Assembly (NCBI GenBank): GCA_964036045.1
Contig: OZ038378.1
Location: forward strand, 65,844,001 to 65,908,000
DNA: 64,000 bases
Origin: Eutreptiella sp. 'Long Island Sound 2002'
Lineage: Eukaryota > Protista > Euglenida
Direction: 5' to 3'
The notes beneath the pieces are model-generated. The model was not told where the DNA came from, did not search any database, and saw only the letters and a program-made list of their open reading frames with translations. Made by a program: the position numbers and the translations under genes. Below are positions 35,421 through 49,100 of the stretch, in pieces. Every line of letters starts with the position of its first letter. Within the stretch, counting starts at the first letter, position 1.

Positions 35421-36117
35421 GACGCTATCGAGGCTGATGGCCTTCGCCAGAGAGAACACGCGGCAGAAGTTTCACGGCACGCCGTCGTGGGGCCCGCTGA
35501 TTGCGCGGCACCTGGACAGACCCGAGGATTCGGGGCGATGGGCACTGTGCGTGATGACGTCAATTATGGGCCCGGAGGTTACGATTGAGGGGATCGATCC
35601 TGCGGACTGTGTGGCCCGCACCATCGCATTGTTTGCAGACGTCGTCATGGGCGGCGGGGGGGGGGCAGGTGGCAGCATTTCGCTGCAGGAGGTCCTTGCC
35701 CCCATCTGCAATTTGGCTGAGAACCACACGTACTGCACATTGCTACTGCACAATGACGGGCTTATGCGGCGCCTTCTCAGCCTTGTCAAGGCGTACGTAG
35801 ACGCGCCTGCGGCAGGCACGGCCCATTGCAGCGCCTGGGCTATCATGGCGCTCGCAAACCTCATGTGTGGGTGCGCAGGTGACGCGATGCTGCGGAACCG
35901 GGCCTTCACGCCGCGCGAAGAGTTCGATGACGTGCTGTCTGCATATGTCCTCCAGACGCCCAAAATCGTGAACCGTCGCGAGGCCGTGATGGTGCTGAGT
36001 TGCCTACGCCATGGCCCCGAAGCACGGCCATTCACCCCCGTCCCCTCGTCAGTGGACCCTGATGAGGACACGCTTGTCATGTTATCGTACAGCGTCCTGG
36101 ATATGGAGCCTGCAGAG
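35421..36117 (+). CDS. Next exon of the same gene: ARM/HEAT-like repeats ending in VMLSY (TIR beta-A-like strand)
   Basis: Acceptor atatactcag|g at 35420 gives a contiguous ...LECLR|TLSRLMAF.... The helical-repeat pattern includes LAPICNLAEN and AWAIMALANL. Donor gcagag|gtgtgt at 36118 is phase 0. Confidence 0.8.
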
Positions 36118-36917
36118 GTGTGTCTCTGCATCGGCTGGGCCCCATCCCCGCCTAATCCCACCCTTTGTTGTACGCAATTCCCTGGCTCTACGTCTGTGTC
36201 TGTGTCCACTGGCCGTGACCCAGTCCCTGTTTCCCTCTACAACCCGCACACAACCACATCAAGTTACATTCTTGACCACAAAGATTGCTGTCGGACGGTT
36301 AAACGGGTCCCCATCCGTAGACAAGGCTGTGCTTGCGGAAGCGGGAGGGGAGGGGATAAATCTGTTGCTTTGCTGATGAGCCCATTATAACAGCAGGACC
36401 CACCGCCGTGCCTGTCAACCACCACATATGTCAGGGTTACCACCGGGCCACACATGTAGACCATAGGACTGCCTCTAGGAGAAACTGGGGACTGAAAATG
36501 TCGGCCACAATGAATGCAGCCCCAGGAGACATGTCGCACTTCGTTCCAAAGTGGATGTCTCTATGGGGGAGGGGGGCTTACGTGGGCGCGGGCAGAACAG
36601 GATGGGTATTTATTGGGGTTGGGTGGCAACAAAGCCCTGGAAAACCATTTTTTCCACCTCCGCCATATGTCCCTCCAATTGATCTGCACAACATGCGATT
36701 CAATTTAAGATATACATTATGGAAATAATTTCTAACACCTGTGAGAAAGGTTTTCAGCCACCCAATCTCAACACACGCACACCCCATCCCACCCCATAAC
36801 AAGGGGGGCGGGGGGCTGTTGTCCTTGCATCTGCAGATGCCCCTGCCCCTCTTTCTGCATGTGCATGTGTTTCTGTGTCTGTCTCTGCCTCCGTCTCCAT
36901 TTCTTCGGCAGCCTCTG

Positions 36918-36954
36918 CTCTGTCTCTGTCTCTGTCTCTGTCTCTGTCTCTGTC
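36918..36954. repeat. (CTCTGT)n microsatellite
   Basis: About 6 direct units. Confidence 0.9.
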
Positions 36955-38773
36955 CTTCTTGTACCTCTGCCTCTGCCCATATCGCTGACTCCGTTTTGCC
37001 TCACCTTTCCTCTCTGCCTGTGGCTCTTTCTGGCTACCACGTATGCCTCATCCGGTACAATCTGCCCCCACACACCCTCCACCCCATACCCCCCACTGGC
37101 AGCTTGTCCAAAGACGGACACCCCGTCTCACTGCGCTTTTTCTGGACCCTTGGTTTTGGAGCGCTAGAGTGAAGAATACAAGTGGCACTCAACAGATTGG
37201 GATTCTCTCTCATCATTTTTTTAGAATGTGTAGTTTGTCTGCTTGCTTGACAATTCAATAACAGTATTTGGGTGAAGTTGCTGTTGTGGGTATCTCGCAA
37301 AAGGAAAGATTCCACACTACGTAACTAACACACACTGGATGCCCCTTTCGGCAGACTTCCATTTCCAATTCGATCACCCTTCCAGTGTCATCAGAGCACT
37401 CCTCGTCTCTTCACGCCCATGGTCACTGTTGGCAGCAGCCCCTGGACGCTGTGCCCCAGCCCTTCCTACAAAGCCACTGCAGGACAGCCCTCTAGGAGGG
37501 GGGGATTTGGGACATTTTTGCCGGCGATGATTTTGCCAGGGGAACATTTGCGACCCTTGCCACCCTTGAAATCCCCAAAGCTCAAAGTGCCATATGGCCA
37601 AGCAATTGACACACACGACATACAAAAGAAGGAGACTCCAAACTTGCAACACATTGCCACAACATGGTCACAGAACTAATAAGAATTAACAGAAGTGCTC
37701 CAAAACCCCATCAGGCACCCCACCCAAAAGCGGAAGTATGTTTCATAGCCTTATGCACTGTGACAACCCCCCAATTTTTGTTGGGGAAAATCACCTTGAA
37801 GATGGTTGTTGGATCCAGAGCAGGCGTGGGCGCCATCTACCCCCCCTTTTGGGGGTCATTCGCATAGGATACCCCATGGTATGGTCCCTTGTAAAATCAT
37901 CATTTTGGAACAGAAAATGTACAATCACTGTGTGCATTGATGACGAAAATCTTGCCTAAACCCCGCCCTCGTCGCTAGCCTCTGTTGTATGTACAGTACC
38001 ATCCTATCCTGCATCCGTGTTGGCCATGCAGCATCGGGTGCATACAACCCATGGTTTCTGAAACAAGATACTTTTGAACCTTTCCATCACCGATTGTCCG
38101 GAAAATCGCTAGTGCCTAAAGCAAAGGCAAATGTTTGGCACAGTGCAAAATAGGCTAGGTGTTGCAAGAGCTAGAAGACTTTCTGCATGCACAGCGGTTT
38201 GACGTCGTGTTGATTGTTGTGTCACACAAGGAAGCTAAAACCCATGCTATGCATTTGCTATATGACCAGGCGACATAACAGCGACAAAAAGATTTTTGGA
38301 TTACTGGCAAGGCAAAGTTGCCTCCCTCATTACGTTTCCTGCATCAAAACAACTTGCATGGGCATTGAAACCCCACTACCCAACGGTTTGCATGAAATGT
38401 GCTGCACGGAGGCTTGTGGCTCATGTACATACGGCCCTTTGCGGGACACGACCTCCCCACGGTGTTTGTGTTGTTCACTGCAAACCAATGCATGGTAGCA
38501 TTGTTCTTGCTTGTGTCGTTCACTGGGCCTGGTATCGAGGTCTGCGATTGATTACACTGGAAGGTGCGCTCTGTTTAGTGGAAATTGAACTCTCTTGCCC
38601 CTGACGGGTGTACATACCACCCGCAACATCCCCTACGTGTGATTGCACTTGATTGAGGCCCGCTGATGAAGCACTGTCCCAATTTTCAAAGGAAACATGG
38701 GGTGATTTTCTAGTATTACAATCAGCCTTTGCGATAGCGTGTCCGTCTTGTGGTATGCCATGTCCAACTTTCA

Positions 38774-39150
38774 CCCTAGGGACCTATGTTAAAACCAATA
38801 TTTCTAATATTTAGTCAAAAATTAATGCATTAACCCAAAGTTGACCCTTTTGGGGGGGGGCAGTTGAGGGGTTTAGACGGGGAAAACTCCACCCCCATGG
38901 GGTGCCTTACGCGATAGGGTGTCATTTTCACCCGGGGTGGGTGGGGGGTCTCACCACTTTCCTTGTAAAAAAATACTAAAACGGTCCTCGGGTTTAATTT
39001 TTGATTTTAATTTTCGATTTAATATTTGAAATATTAAAAATTAATGCGTCGCCGACGTTAATATTAACCTCGTAAAACTCACTTTTTTCTACAAAAATCA
39101 ACCCTCCCTGAAAATCCCTATAAATGCATAACAAGAAAAGAAATACCTTT
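38774..39150 (+). mobile_element. Terminal fragment of the CCCTAG-type transposon family
   Basis: It starts with CCCTAGGGACCTATGTTAAAACCAA, and 38982-39150 matches 28398-28560. Confidence 0.6.
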
Positions 39151-39429
39151 GCACCATGGAAGTTGTTGTACTCATGTTTGTCCCCCATGGCCACTTTGCT
39201 GCCCCCCCCCCCCCCCTTGTCCTTGTGGTTACGGTTTGGGATGGCATGCCCCATTCTTTGTGCAAGCTTTTTTAGGATGGTAGAAATGTAGCTTCACGAT
39301 GGGACAGAGGAAAAGGTTGTAGGTATGTATGTGTGTGTGTGTGTTTGTGCGTTCATCGCTTGCGTGCAGGTTGTAGTTTGCACATTGCCCCAAAGCAGAT
39401 ATAGGGGCTAGTTCCAACTTCATTGGCTA

Positions 39430-39900
39430 CCCCCCCCCCTTCACATTGTGGTGTGTAGGATTGTGATGTTTGGGGCTTTGGTGTCTGGGGGTGTGTTGGG
39501 GGGGTGGGCTGTGGTGTGGGGGTGTGTGGTTTGCAGGGCTGTGTTGTGGGGTTGGGTGGTTATCGGGGTTGTGGTGTGTGGGCCCGTGGTGCATGGGTTG
39601 TGGTGTGTGTGGATGTGGTTTTTGGGGCTGTGGTGTGTGGGGGTGTGATGTTTAGGGCTGTGGTGTCTGGGGGTGTGGTTTCTAGGGATGTGGTGTGTGG
39701 CGATGTGGGCGGGGGGGGGGGGTTTCCACAGCTCTGGTATTTGGGGGTGTGGTGTTAGGTGCTGTGGTGTGTGGAGGGCTAGTTTCCAGGGCTGTGGTAT
39801 GCAGGGTCGTGGTGTTGGCTACTCTGGTGTGTAGGGCTATGGTCTGTGGGCTATGCTATGCGACGTTGTGGTGTTGGGCGCTATGGTGTGGGAGTGTAGG
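39430..39900. repeat. Degenerate TG-rich low-complexity repeat (gtggtgtgtgg)
   Basis: Direct inspection. Confidence 0.8.
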
Positions 39901-40139
39901 CCCATGGGTGAAAATGCCTCGCATAACCCCCCCCCCCCCGGCACACCACCCCCACACTTGGACAACCGCTTAAAGTGTGGCCTGCAGTCTGTTTTTGTCA
40001 AGTTGCTTTTTGAAGGGGTCCACTTAATATCTGTAAACATTAATTTTAGTATTTGGCACGCCGGTCCAAAAATTGATTATTAACCTCAGGTATTAAGCCA
40101 GGCTGTCGAAAAATTGATTAAAAAGAATGGGGGCAGTGT

Positions 40140-40615
40140 TGGGGTTTGGTGTGTGCGCCTGTCCTGTCAGGGTGTCTGAGATGTCATGCTGGGGTGTGTG
40201 GGGTTGGTGGTATATGGTGTATTGGGCTGTGGTATGTGGGGCTGCGGTGTAAAGGGTTGTGGTGTAGGCAGCTATGGTTTTGGGGGCGGTGGGTAGTGTG
40301 TTTGGCTGCCTGATGTGGGCTCTGGCGCGCCGGGTTGTGATGGTTCGGGCTGTTGGGGGTGGGGCTGTGGGCTGTGGTGCTGTGGTATAAGGGGTTACAC
40401 TACACGGCCCCCACGGCCCCACCCCCCACAGCACCACCTCTCACAACTGCAAGCACCATAACTTGGCACGCCACAACCCCACGCCTTGCAGCCCCACGCC
40501 CTGCAGCCCAACACACCACGGCCGAACACCCACAGGACCACACCCCACACACCCCACACCCCACACGCCACACACCCCGCACACGACACACCACAGCCGC
40601 GGGATTGTGTATAGC
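40140..40615. repeat. TG-rich arm followed by a CA-rich arm (loose inverted repeat)
   Basis: Strand composition flips at about 40410. Confidence 0.6.
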
Positions 40616-40972
40616 GACCTAGTCGGCTATCAAACATCAGACATCAGTTTTTTATGGACCACCATTACCCAACCATGAACCCCCCCTTCCCCAAACCCCT
40701 CCATTATGCACTACCTCAGACCCCCCCCTCCCTCCCCGCTCTTGTCCACATCAAACGTATTCACTGGAACCCCCCCCCCCCTGATGGTGAACCCCCCCCG
40801 GTGAGCCGCCCATCCCTCTCCCCACTCTTGGGTGCTTTCAAGTGCCCCCCCCCCCCGGAAAGGAAAAAAGGTGTCATGGAAAACACGCAACCCCCCCGCC
40901 CCCCGGAAAACAATTGCAATTACTTGCATCTCACCTTTGTTGTTGACAGCATTGTATCTGCCAATCCCAATT

Positions 40973-41270
40973 TAATTATGCAGAACACCCTTGAGGTGTT
41001 TTGGTTGTTTGTGGTCTAGGCCTTGCCGCCTACCACCATATACCCCTTCAGTGATGAACATGCTGACAACGGCTGAGAAGGGGTTCTGACATGTTCGCTT
41101 CTGCATCCAATTACAATTTTTTGACAATTTGATTATGTAGAACACCGTTGAGGTGTTTTCATTGGTCGTGGTCTAGGCCTTGGCGTCTACGACCATCTAC
41201 CCCTTCAGTGATGAACATGCTGACAACAAGCTGAGAAGGGGTTCTGACATGTTCGCTTCTGCATCCAATT
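40973..41270. repeat. Tandem direct duplication of about 140 bp (period about 158 bp)
   Basis: ccccttcagtgatgaacatgctgacaac...ttctgacatgttcgcttctgcatccaatt occurs twice. Confidence 0.85.
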
Positions 41271-43099
41271 GGAATTTGCAGACTGCGAGCCCCTTGAATG
41301 ACGATGCATGACACTTGACATATGTTGCCTAGGCCTCTCCGTAGCCCACACCAAGCTTCACGGGATGTGGATTGTGGGCTGTGGATTGTCCATCACGACA
41401 CAATGCTCCGTCACGCGTGGGTTATTGTGTGGACCCTTGCAAGGACCTTTGTCTTATGACCTGTTTTGTGCGGACCGAGCTTTTGAAAATGGGGAAAACT
41501 TCGCAGCTGAGGAAAGGGACATCCCTCACTGTCCTCTGCGCTGTTGCCACCATCAGTCAATTTGTCATGGCTGACCAAATGTGCACCATGTCCTCCAAGG
41601 GCTAACAACCATTTTGAAAACCCTTGTTTGTCAATGTCATGTGCAACCAACATACATCTCAGAAGGGCCTTTGTAGTTGAATTCGAGTCTGATTTGCCAT
41701 TGTGCAATGTTTTTTTATCCGACCCTCTTACTTAGCCTTCAAGGATGTTTGCAATTTGCTGCACTTTGCACCCCTCATGCTTTGTTGTTTATTCGCAGGA
41801 AGTATGGAAAAACATCTGGTGACGACCATAAAACACCCGTTGTCTTTGCGAGCTTTGTCTTGCTGTTCTTTGCATGTTTCCATGCTTTGCTTTCCTTTGT
41901 GCTATTTCTCTAAGAAGTATGGAAAATCATTCAGAAAATACGACAGCGTAGGGAAAACACCCCCCCCCCCCTCTCGTGCATGAGCATATGGAAAAGTCTG
42001 TCCTCCCTTTTTGTATGTAATGTGTCACATGGTCTGTTCAAAGAATGTATGTGTGAACATATGTCTCAGTTGCTTGATGTTCTTGTGCCTACCATAACCA
42101 TTTTATTTGTGGATCCGAATTCCATTGATACCAATTGCAATGGTCATGATGTTGTCCCTTGAGGCAGCAGGGCTTGCCGGCAGTCTCAGCCGTGACGCTG
42201 TGACTGTAGGTGATCTGTAGGTGTCATGTACCCACCCATTTGCCATTGTTTGCCTTTTGTCCTCTTTGCAACCCCTTTAGTGATGATCTCATTCATTGGT
42301 GTACCCTGTGGGGCTAGTCTGCCGATGTTGGGTTTGGGCTGTGCCACAAACCCCTGCAGGGACCTTTTATTTAGGCCCTGTTTAGTGTTGTCAGGAGGTT
42401 GAGAAATGCATTGTTTTGTGCACTGAGAACCGCCCTTTGCAGATTCTGCAACACATGAATGCACTGCACAGCATGGCGACGTTCATGCACTTTGCGCGCT
42501 GAGAAGGCCCGGGCCACCACCAGCCTTTGTGCCACTCATCAGCAAGGAGACAGGTCCACTCTCCGCAGCGACCTCACAGTGCCTCAGAGTGGCAACCCCA
42601 AAGTTCAATGAGCACCCACAGGGTGTTCCTAAGCGGTCCCCCATAGGGTATATCGGACCTTCATATCGAAAAACATGACATCTGAGAAGGGGCTCTGCTA
42701 TGTGTAAAATTCTCTTCAAAGTTGAACATACTTTGTCGCATGGTGCTTTTGTGCTTTGCTTTTATTTTGCTGCCCATGTCCGTCTTCACGCAATGGGAAA
42801 CAAATCGGAAAACGCCCTCCTCCCCCTTCCCATTCGGCGACCGCATCAAAGAGCCTACCCCCCCACTTTTAACAATAGCATGGCGCAGTTATTTACCGTT
42901 CCTGTGGTCCAACATACCCCCATGCCAATCTTCCATGCTTTTCTATACTTGACAGTTGTTTCTTGCCCACCACAACCTACGAGTTGTAGTTTTTGCTGTG
43001 TGGCCTCAACCTTAGCGTTGTAGTCCACGAAGTCGCTCTCCAACCGCTCTCTTCCACTTGTTGCGAACTTCCAAACCATGGGTCCAAGAGTCACCCACA

Positions 43100-45937
43100 A
43101 GACCAAATATGGTGGTCCGAAGCCAAAGCCAAAGCCAAAGGCAACGCCCCTACCACCACCCGGGGGTGTGGATTTCGTCATGGTCCCACCACAACCCTCC
43201 GCACAACCAAAGCTAGCGCGTGCCCTTGAGCCGTAGCAGTCCGCCCCTGTCCCGGCCTTGGCGCCCGTTGACTCGGGATCGCAGGGTGCTCAACCCTCTG
43301 CACACCCACTGCGTGCCCCTGAGCCGCAGCAATCCGCCCCTGTCCCGGCCTTGGCGCCGGTTCACTCGGGCGCGCCGCAGGGTGGTCAACCCTTTGCACA
43401 CCCACTGCATGCCCTTGAGCCACAACCGCTCACCCCTATCCCGGCCGTGGTGCCGGTTGACTCGGGTGCGCCACAGGGTGGTCAACCCTCATCACAACTA
43501 TTGTGTGCCCTTGAGCCACATCAGTCCACCCCCTTCCCGGCCTTGGCGCCGGTTGACTCGGGTGCGCCATCAGGTGGTCAACCCCTGGCACAACCACCAT
43601 GTGCCCCTTCCGCCACAGCCATTTTTCCAACTCCCACAGCACCCAACACCCTTGCCTAGTACTGCCACATGGAAGAACCCGGACTATGGGCCCGGTGACA
43701 ACCTTGTGGCGGGGTTTACACAATGCTGGCTTGACCGTGACAGGTTTGTGGCCAAAGCATCAGAGGTGTACACTGTCCATGAGATGGAGGCTGCTGAGGT
43801 GTGGGCAGAGAAGAACGGCACGAATAGGAACCTGGCCTTTGAGGAATGGTACCCTGAAGATGACGGTGATGGGAATGCGAATGTTCCCCGACAGCCACAT
43901 TTGGCCTGCAAAATGGAGGTTTGGGGCAACTATGAGCTCAGTTATTCAATATGGTGGCATGGTGCATGGGTGGATCGCTGCCAACCGCAATCGGGACGCC
44001 TCGAAACCAAATTTAGAGGCAAGGGTGCATGGTCATGGCATCTCAGGCGACCGTGTCTGGATCAGTTGTGCTAATAAGCCACGAGCCAATCTGAATGCCA
44101 CATACTGGCAGTAAGGTTGTCCCTGGCACGGCTGCCTATGCACCTTGCGTAAGGAGATTCAGCAAGGGTTAGCATGGCCCAAAATTCTGGCAAACATCCG
44201 GGCTGAACCACGGGACGCGCCTCCCTTGTCGAACGAAGACCAAGAGATCCTTAAACACCTTGTCCAACGGCACTGCTTGAACCCCTCACAGGCATTGGTT
44301 GTGCGTCAGGTACTAGACGAGTCATGCATCACAGCATTGAGTGGAGGTGCTGGGACAGGGAAGTGAGAGACCTTGTCACAAGGCCCCGGAGTGCATTTCC
44401 ATGACCCTCTCCGCTAGTGCCGTGGCACAGCATAATGGCCGCATGAACATGCCATTGGCTACGGTTATGCGTAGGTGTAGACGCTTACCGACAAAAGCCA
44501 CACAATGCCGGAGCCACACCATTTGGGCGTAGTGTGTGGTCACTGCCGCCACACATCTCTCGGAGTATGTCCCTGCCTTGCTTGCCACCTCCAAGAAATG
44601 GCACACAAGGAGTCCCTCCTCTTGACTCATTTTCCCGGTTGAGGACAACACATCATCAACATGTAGGGTGTCCCATGCCTCTGACACCAACTACCAGACT
44701 TCCTCGAGGCGTTGTGCCACCAATACGCCCTGCGGTTCTTCCCACCAATGGGGCTTATCTAGGTCCACAATGCGGATGGCATTACGAAACACCGCGTCAA
44801 GAAGGGGGTGGGTGGGTGAGTGGTAATGACCTACTGCCCCCCCCCCCCCCGTGAACAAGGCAGGTCAATACCCTATCCTCAAGGTGGTTGCTCCCATGGA
44901 TTCGTTCCAAGGCCTGCAACACCAAGTCATGTTGGCTTACTTAGGTTACAGGGATCATGACGGACATCTTTAGGGCAAGCACACTGACCAGCAAGGCAAA
45001 ATTTGAACTCCACCTCTTTGGGCGCATCACCCTGTGGGTGCAACACCCCACGCCCAGTGCATGGATCATCACACTAAGTGCTGTCCAACGGGAAGCTAGC
45101 TCAGGTATTCTGAGGGACACCCTTCAGTTGGCTGGGGTTTCGAGGGAGGCCGGACTCATCCCCGACGTGAAGAGGGGCACAATCTATTGGTTGGAGGCTT
45201 CGGTGGTGCGGCACTCGCTTTGGAAGGCTTGGAAGAGGAGCATGAAGCCATGTGCTCCCATGGGGTTTGCTCATGCCGGGAGTGCCCAGTTGTTGGACAG
45301 GGAGCGGGTCATGGCAAACAGTTGGTCCGATGCACTGGCAGTGCAGCTCAGAGATCTTCGGGGGAATCGTGTTTAACCGATGCCCTTGGACGTCACCCTT
45401 CTAGACCTCACAGAGTGGGCCTCGCCGTATGTGCTCTTGGAGGATGACGAAGAAGATGTTGGCAACTTAGGTGGGTTGATAAGGGTGGGCCACACAAGGG
45501 ACCTGGCACAATGGAGGGAAGATTTGTGCAACACCTTGTGCACAAGTCCTTGCAAATGAAGCAAGGTTGTTTGCATACGAACAAGGCATGGTGTGACGGC
45601 ACCATTGACGTTGTTGTTTGGAGGGACGCGTACAACTTTCTGGATGGACCACGCTTTTTGGAGGGGGATTGATGTAGCCCCCTTGGGGTTTACGTGGCAT
45701 CCCTACTGCATGGGGTTGCCCCGTGCTTTGGGATTCTTGGGGTGTGCCCACTTGGGACGGTGCACACGGGGGTTGATGACCAATGTACGTGGTGCAAGTT
45801 GCACCGTTCCCTAAAGGACTACATCCTTCGCCGACACTAGACATGCTGACCCTTGGAGGCAGCATGCTGTGGATGCAGTCTTCGCCGTGGCGCCAATACT
45901 CCACACTGCCTAATCCTGTCAATACGAGATCTTGCAT
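43100..45937 (+). pseudogene. UPF1/DNA2-like SF1 helicase element, copy 2 (motifs Ia-III deleted, many frameshifts)
   Basis: LNPSQALVVRQVL (Q motif); GGAGTGK (44343-44363); RMNMPLA (motif IV); MDSFQG (44896-44913, motif V); TSKAKFELHLFG (motif VI-like TRAK..l.ivG); then the conserved C-terminal region. Confidence 0.8.
43220..43600 (+). repeat. Four 93-96-bp tandem units encoding a Pro/Ala/Gln-rich repeat upstream of the helicase
   Basis: Units start at about 43220, 43313, 43409 and 43505 and translate as ..PALAPVDSGAPQGGQP... Confidence 0.85.
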
Positions 45938-46130
45938 TGACCTATGACCTATGACTTGTGACCTGCGACCTATGACCCCAGACTTGTGACCTATGACCTA
46001 TGTCCTATGACCTATGCCCTATGGCCTGGAATCTATGACCTATGACCTTCAGAATAGGGACATATGACCTGTGACCTATGCCCTATGACCTGGAACCTGC
46101 GAGCTTTGAGCGATACCTATGACGTATGAC
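45938..46130 (+). repeat. (TGACCTA)n heptamer array
   Basis: Direct inspection; same position relative to the element as 18931. Confidence 0.9.
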
Positions 46131-46174
46131 CTTGGTTGTTTACCACGGATCCTTGCTTTTGTTTGCCTTGAATA

Positions 46175-49100
46175 CGTCCATGTGGGATGGGATACAAGTC
46201 AACAAGGAGTAAGGAATCTCAAGAGCCCTTGAAACCACATCTCCATGGGGTCGCTTGATATGCCTAAGGGTCTACAAGGTGTAAAGATGCAGTGCAGCCC
46301 CGAAAACCATGTCTCTATGGGCTGCGGTGATATGTAGGATGGTCCACAATTTGTAAGGATTCACCGCAGCCCCTGTAACCATGTTTCCATGCGCTGCGGT
46401 GATATGCATCATGATCCACAAGGTGGAAGGATTCACCGCAGCCCTTGAAGCCATGTCTCCATGGGTTGTGGTGATGTGTAGGTTGGTCCTCAAGGTAAAA
46501 CGATTCACTGAAGCCCCTAAAACGATGTCTCCATGGGCACCGGTAATATCTAGGATGCTCTACAAGGTGTAAGGATCCACGGCAGCCATGTGAATTGATG
46601 TTGACCCCGTTCGGCAAATCATGGAGGGGTCAACACCATTCAAGGATCACCGCAGCCCCTGTGAATGGATGTAGACCCCCTACGGTGATTCATTGAAGGG
46701 TCCACATGCTTCACCGATTCACTCTCGCCCGTAGATGAGTGTACACCCCCTGCGGTGAATCATTGAGGGGTCTACACCCTTCTAGGATTCAAAGCACCCT
46801 TTGTGAACGTGTGTAGACCCCCTCCGGTGAATCATTGAGCGGTTTACACCCTCTAAGAATTCACCGCAACCCTTGTAGGTGGGTGCACACCCCTTGCGGT
46901 GCTGCAGCCCGTGTATGTGCAGTTAGACCCCCTTTGGTGAATCATTGAGGGATCTACCACCTTCACGGCTTCACCGCAGCCTCTGTGAATGGGTCTAGGC
47001 CCCTTGCGGTGAAACGTAGAGCGGTTTACACCCCTCAAGGGATTACCGCAGCCCCTGTAGATGAGTGTATAGCCCGTGTGGTCAATCATGGAGGCGTCTA
47101 CACCCTTCAAGGATTCACCGTAGCGCCTGTGAATGCGTGTTGACCCCCTCTGATCAATCATGGAAGGTTCCGCACCCTGCGATGATTCACCTGAGCCCCT
47201 TCAAGTGAGTGCACACCCCCTGCGGTGAATCATTGAGGGATCTACACCTTTCAAGCACTCACCGCAACCCCTGTGAATGGGTAGACACGCCCTGCGGTGG
47301 ATGGTTGAGGGGTCTACACCCCTCAACTATTCACCGGAGTGCTTGTGCATGGATGTAAACCCCGTGCGGCGGATCATGGAGGGGTCTACACCCTTCATGT
47401 AATCACCACAGCCCCTGTAGATGAGTGTACACCCCCTGCGGTGAATCATGGAGGGGTCTACTCCCCTCAAGGACTCGCCGCAATTCCTGTAGATGCGTGT
47501 GCACCCCTTTGGTGAATCATAGAGGGGTGGGTCTACACCCCTCAAGGATTCACCGCAGCCCCTATACCTCAATGTACACCCTCTGTGGTCAATCATGGAG
47601 GGGTCTAGACCCCTCGAGGATTCACCGGACCCCTTGTAGATGGGTGTAGACACTTTGTGGCGAATCATGGAGGCGTCTGCTCCCCTCATGGATTCACTGC
47701 ACCCTCTGTGAACGGGTGTAGACCCCTTGTGGTGAATCATTGAGGGGTCTACACCCTTCAAGGAATCACCGCAACCCCTGTGAATGGGTGAATCATTCAA
47801 GGGTCTACACCCATCAAGGATTCACCGCAGCCCCGGTAGCTCGGTGTACACCCCGTGCGGTGAAAAATTGAGGGGTCTACTCCCTTCAAGCATTCACCGC
47901 AGCCCTTGTAGGTGGCTGTAGACCGCCTGCGGTGATTCATTAAGGGGGCTACACCCTTGAAGGATTCACCGCAGCCTATATGAATGAGTGTAGACCCCCT
48001 GTGGTGACTCGTGGAGCGGTCTACCACAATCACTGATTTACCATGTGAATGGGTCTAGACTTTGTGCACTGAATCATGGGGGGGTCCTCACCTGCAAAGG
48101 GTTCACCGCAGTCCTTGTGGATGAGTGTACTCCCCTTGCGGTGAATCATGGAGGGGTCTACACCCTTCAAGGATTCGCCGCAACCGATGTGAATGTGCAT
48201 TGACCCCCTGCGGTGAACCATTGAAGGGCCCATACCCTTCAAGAAGTCACTTCAGCCCCTTCAATTGAGTGTACACCCCCTAAGGTGAATCATTGAGGGA
48301 TATACAGTTTTCAAGCATTCACTGTAGCCCCTGTGTATGGGTGTACACCCCCTGCGGTGAATGGTTGAGGGGTCTACAGCCCTCAATGATTCACCGCAGC
48401 TCTTGTAGGTGTGTGTAGATCCTTTGCGGTGAATCATGGAGGGGTCTACACCCTTCAAGGATTCGCCGCAACCGATGTGAATGCGCGTTGACCCCCTGCG
48501 GTAAACCATTGAAGGGCCCATACCCTTCAAGAAGTCACCTCAGCCCCTTCAATTGAGTGTACACCCCCTAAGGTGAATCATTGAGGGATATACACTTTTC
48601 AAGCATTCACCGTAGCCCCTGTGTATGGGTGTACACCCCCTGCGTTGAATGGTTGAGGGGTCTACAGCCCTCAATGATTCACTGCAGCTCTTGTAGGTGT
48701 GTGTAGATCCTTCGCGGTGAATCATGGAGGGGTCTACACCCTTCAGGGATTCACCGCAGCCCTTGTACGTGGGTGTACATCCCTTGCGGTGAATCATGCA
48801 GCGGTCTACACCATTCAAGGATTCACTAGAGCTTTTACAGATGGGTGTACACCCGCATGCAGTGAATCATTGAGGGGTCTACACCCTTCAAGGATTCACC
48901 ACACCCTTTGCAGATGGGTGTACACCCCGTGTGATAAATCATGGAGGGGTCTACACCCCTCAAGGATTCACCGCAGCTCTCGTACATGAGTGTACAACCC
49001 TTGCGGTGAGTTATAGAGGGGTCTACACCCTTCAAGGATTCACCACACTCGTATACCTGAGTGTACATCCCGTGCGGTGAATCATGGAGGCGTCTACACC

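Noticed and set aside
43100-45937. Helicase element as a Helitron
   Set aside because: The motifs are UPF1-like (LNxSQ, DSFQG) rather than PIF1-like, and no HUH Rep or TC...CTRR ends were recognised.
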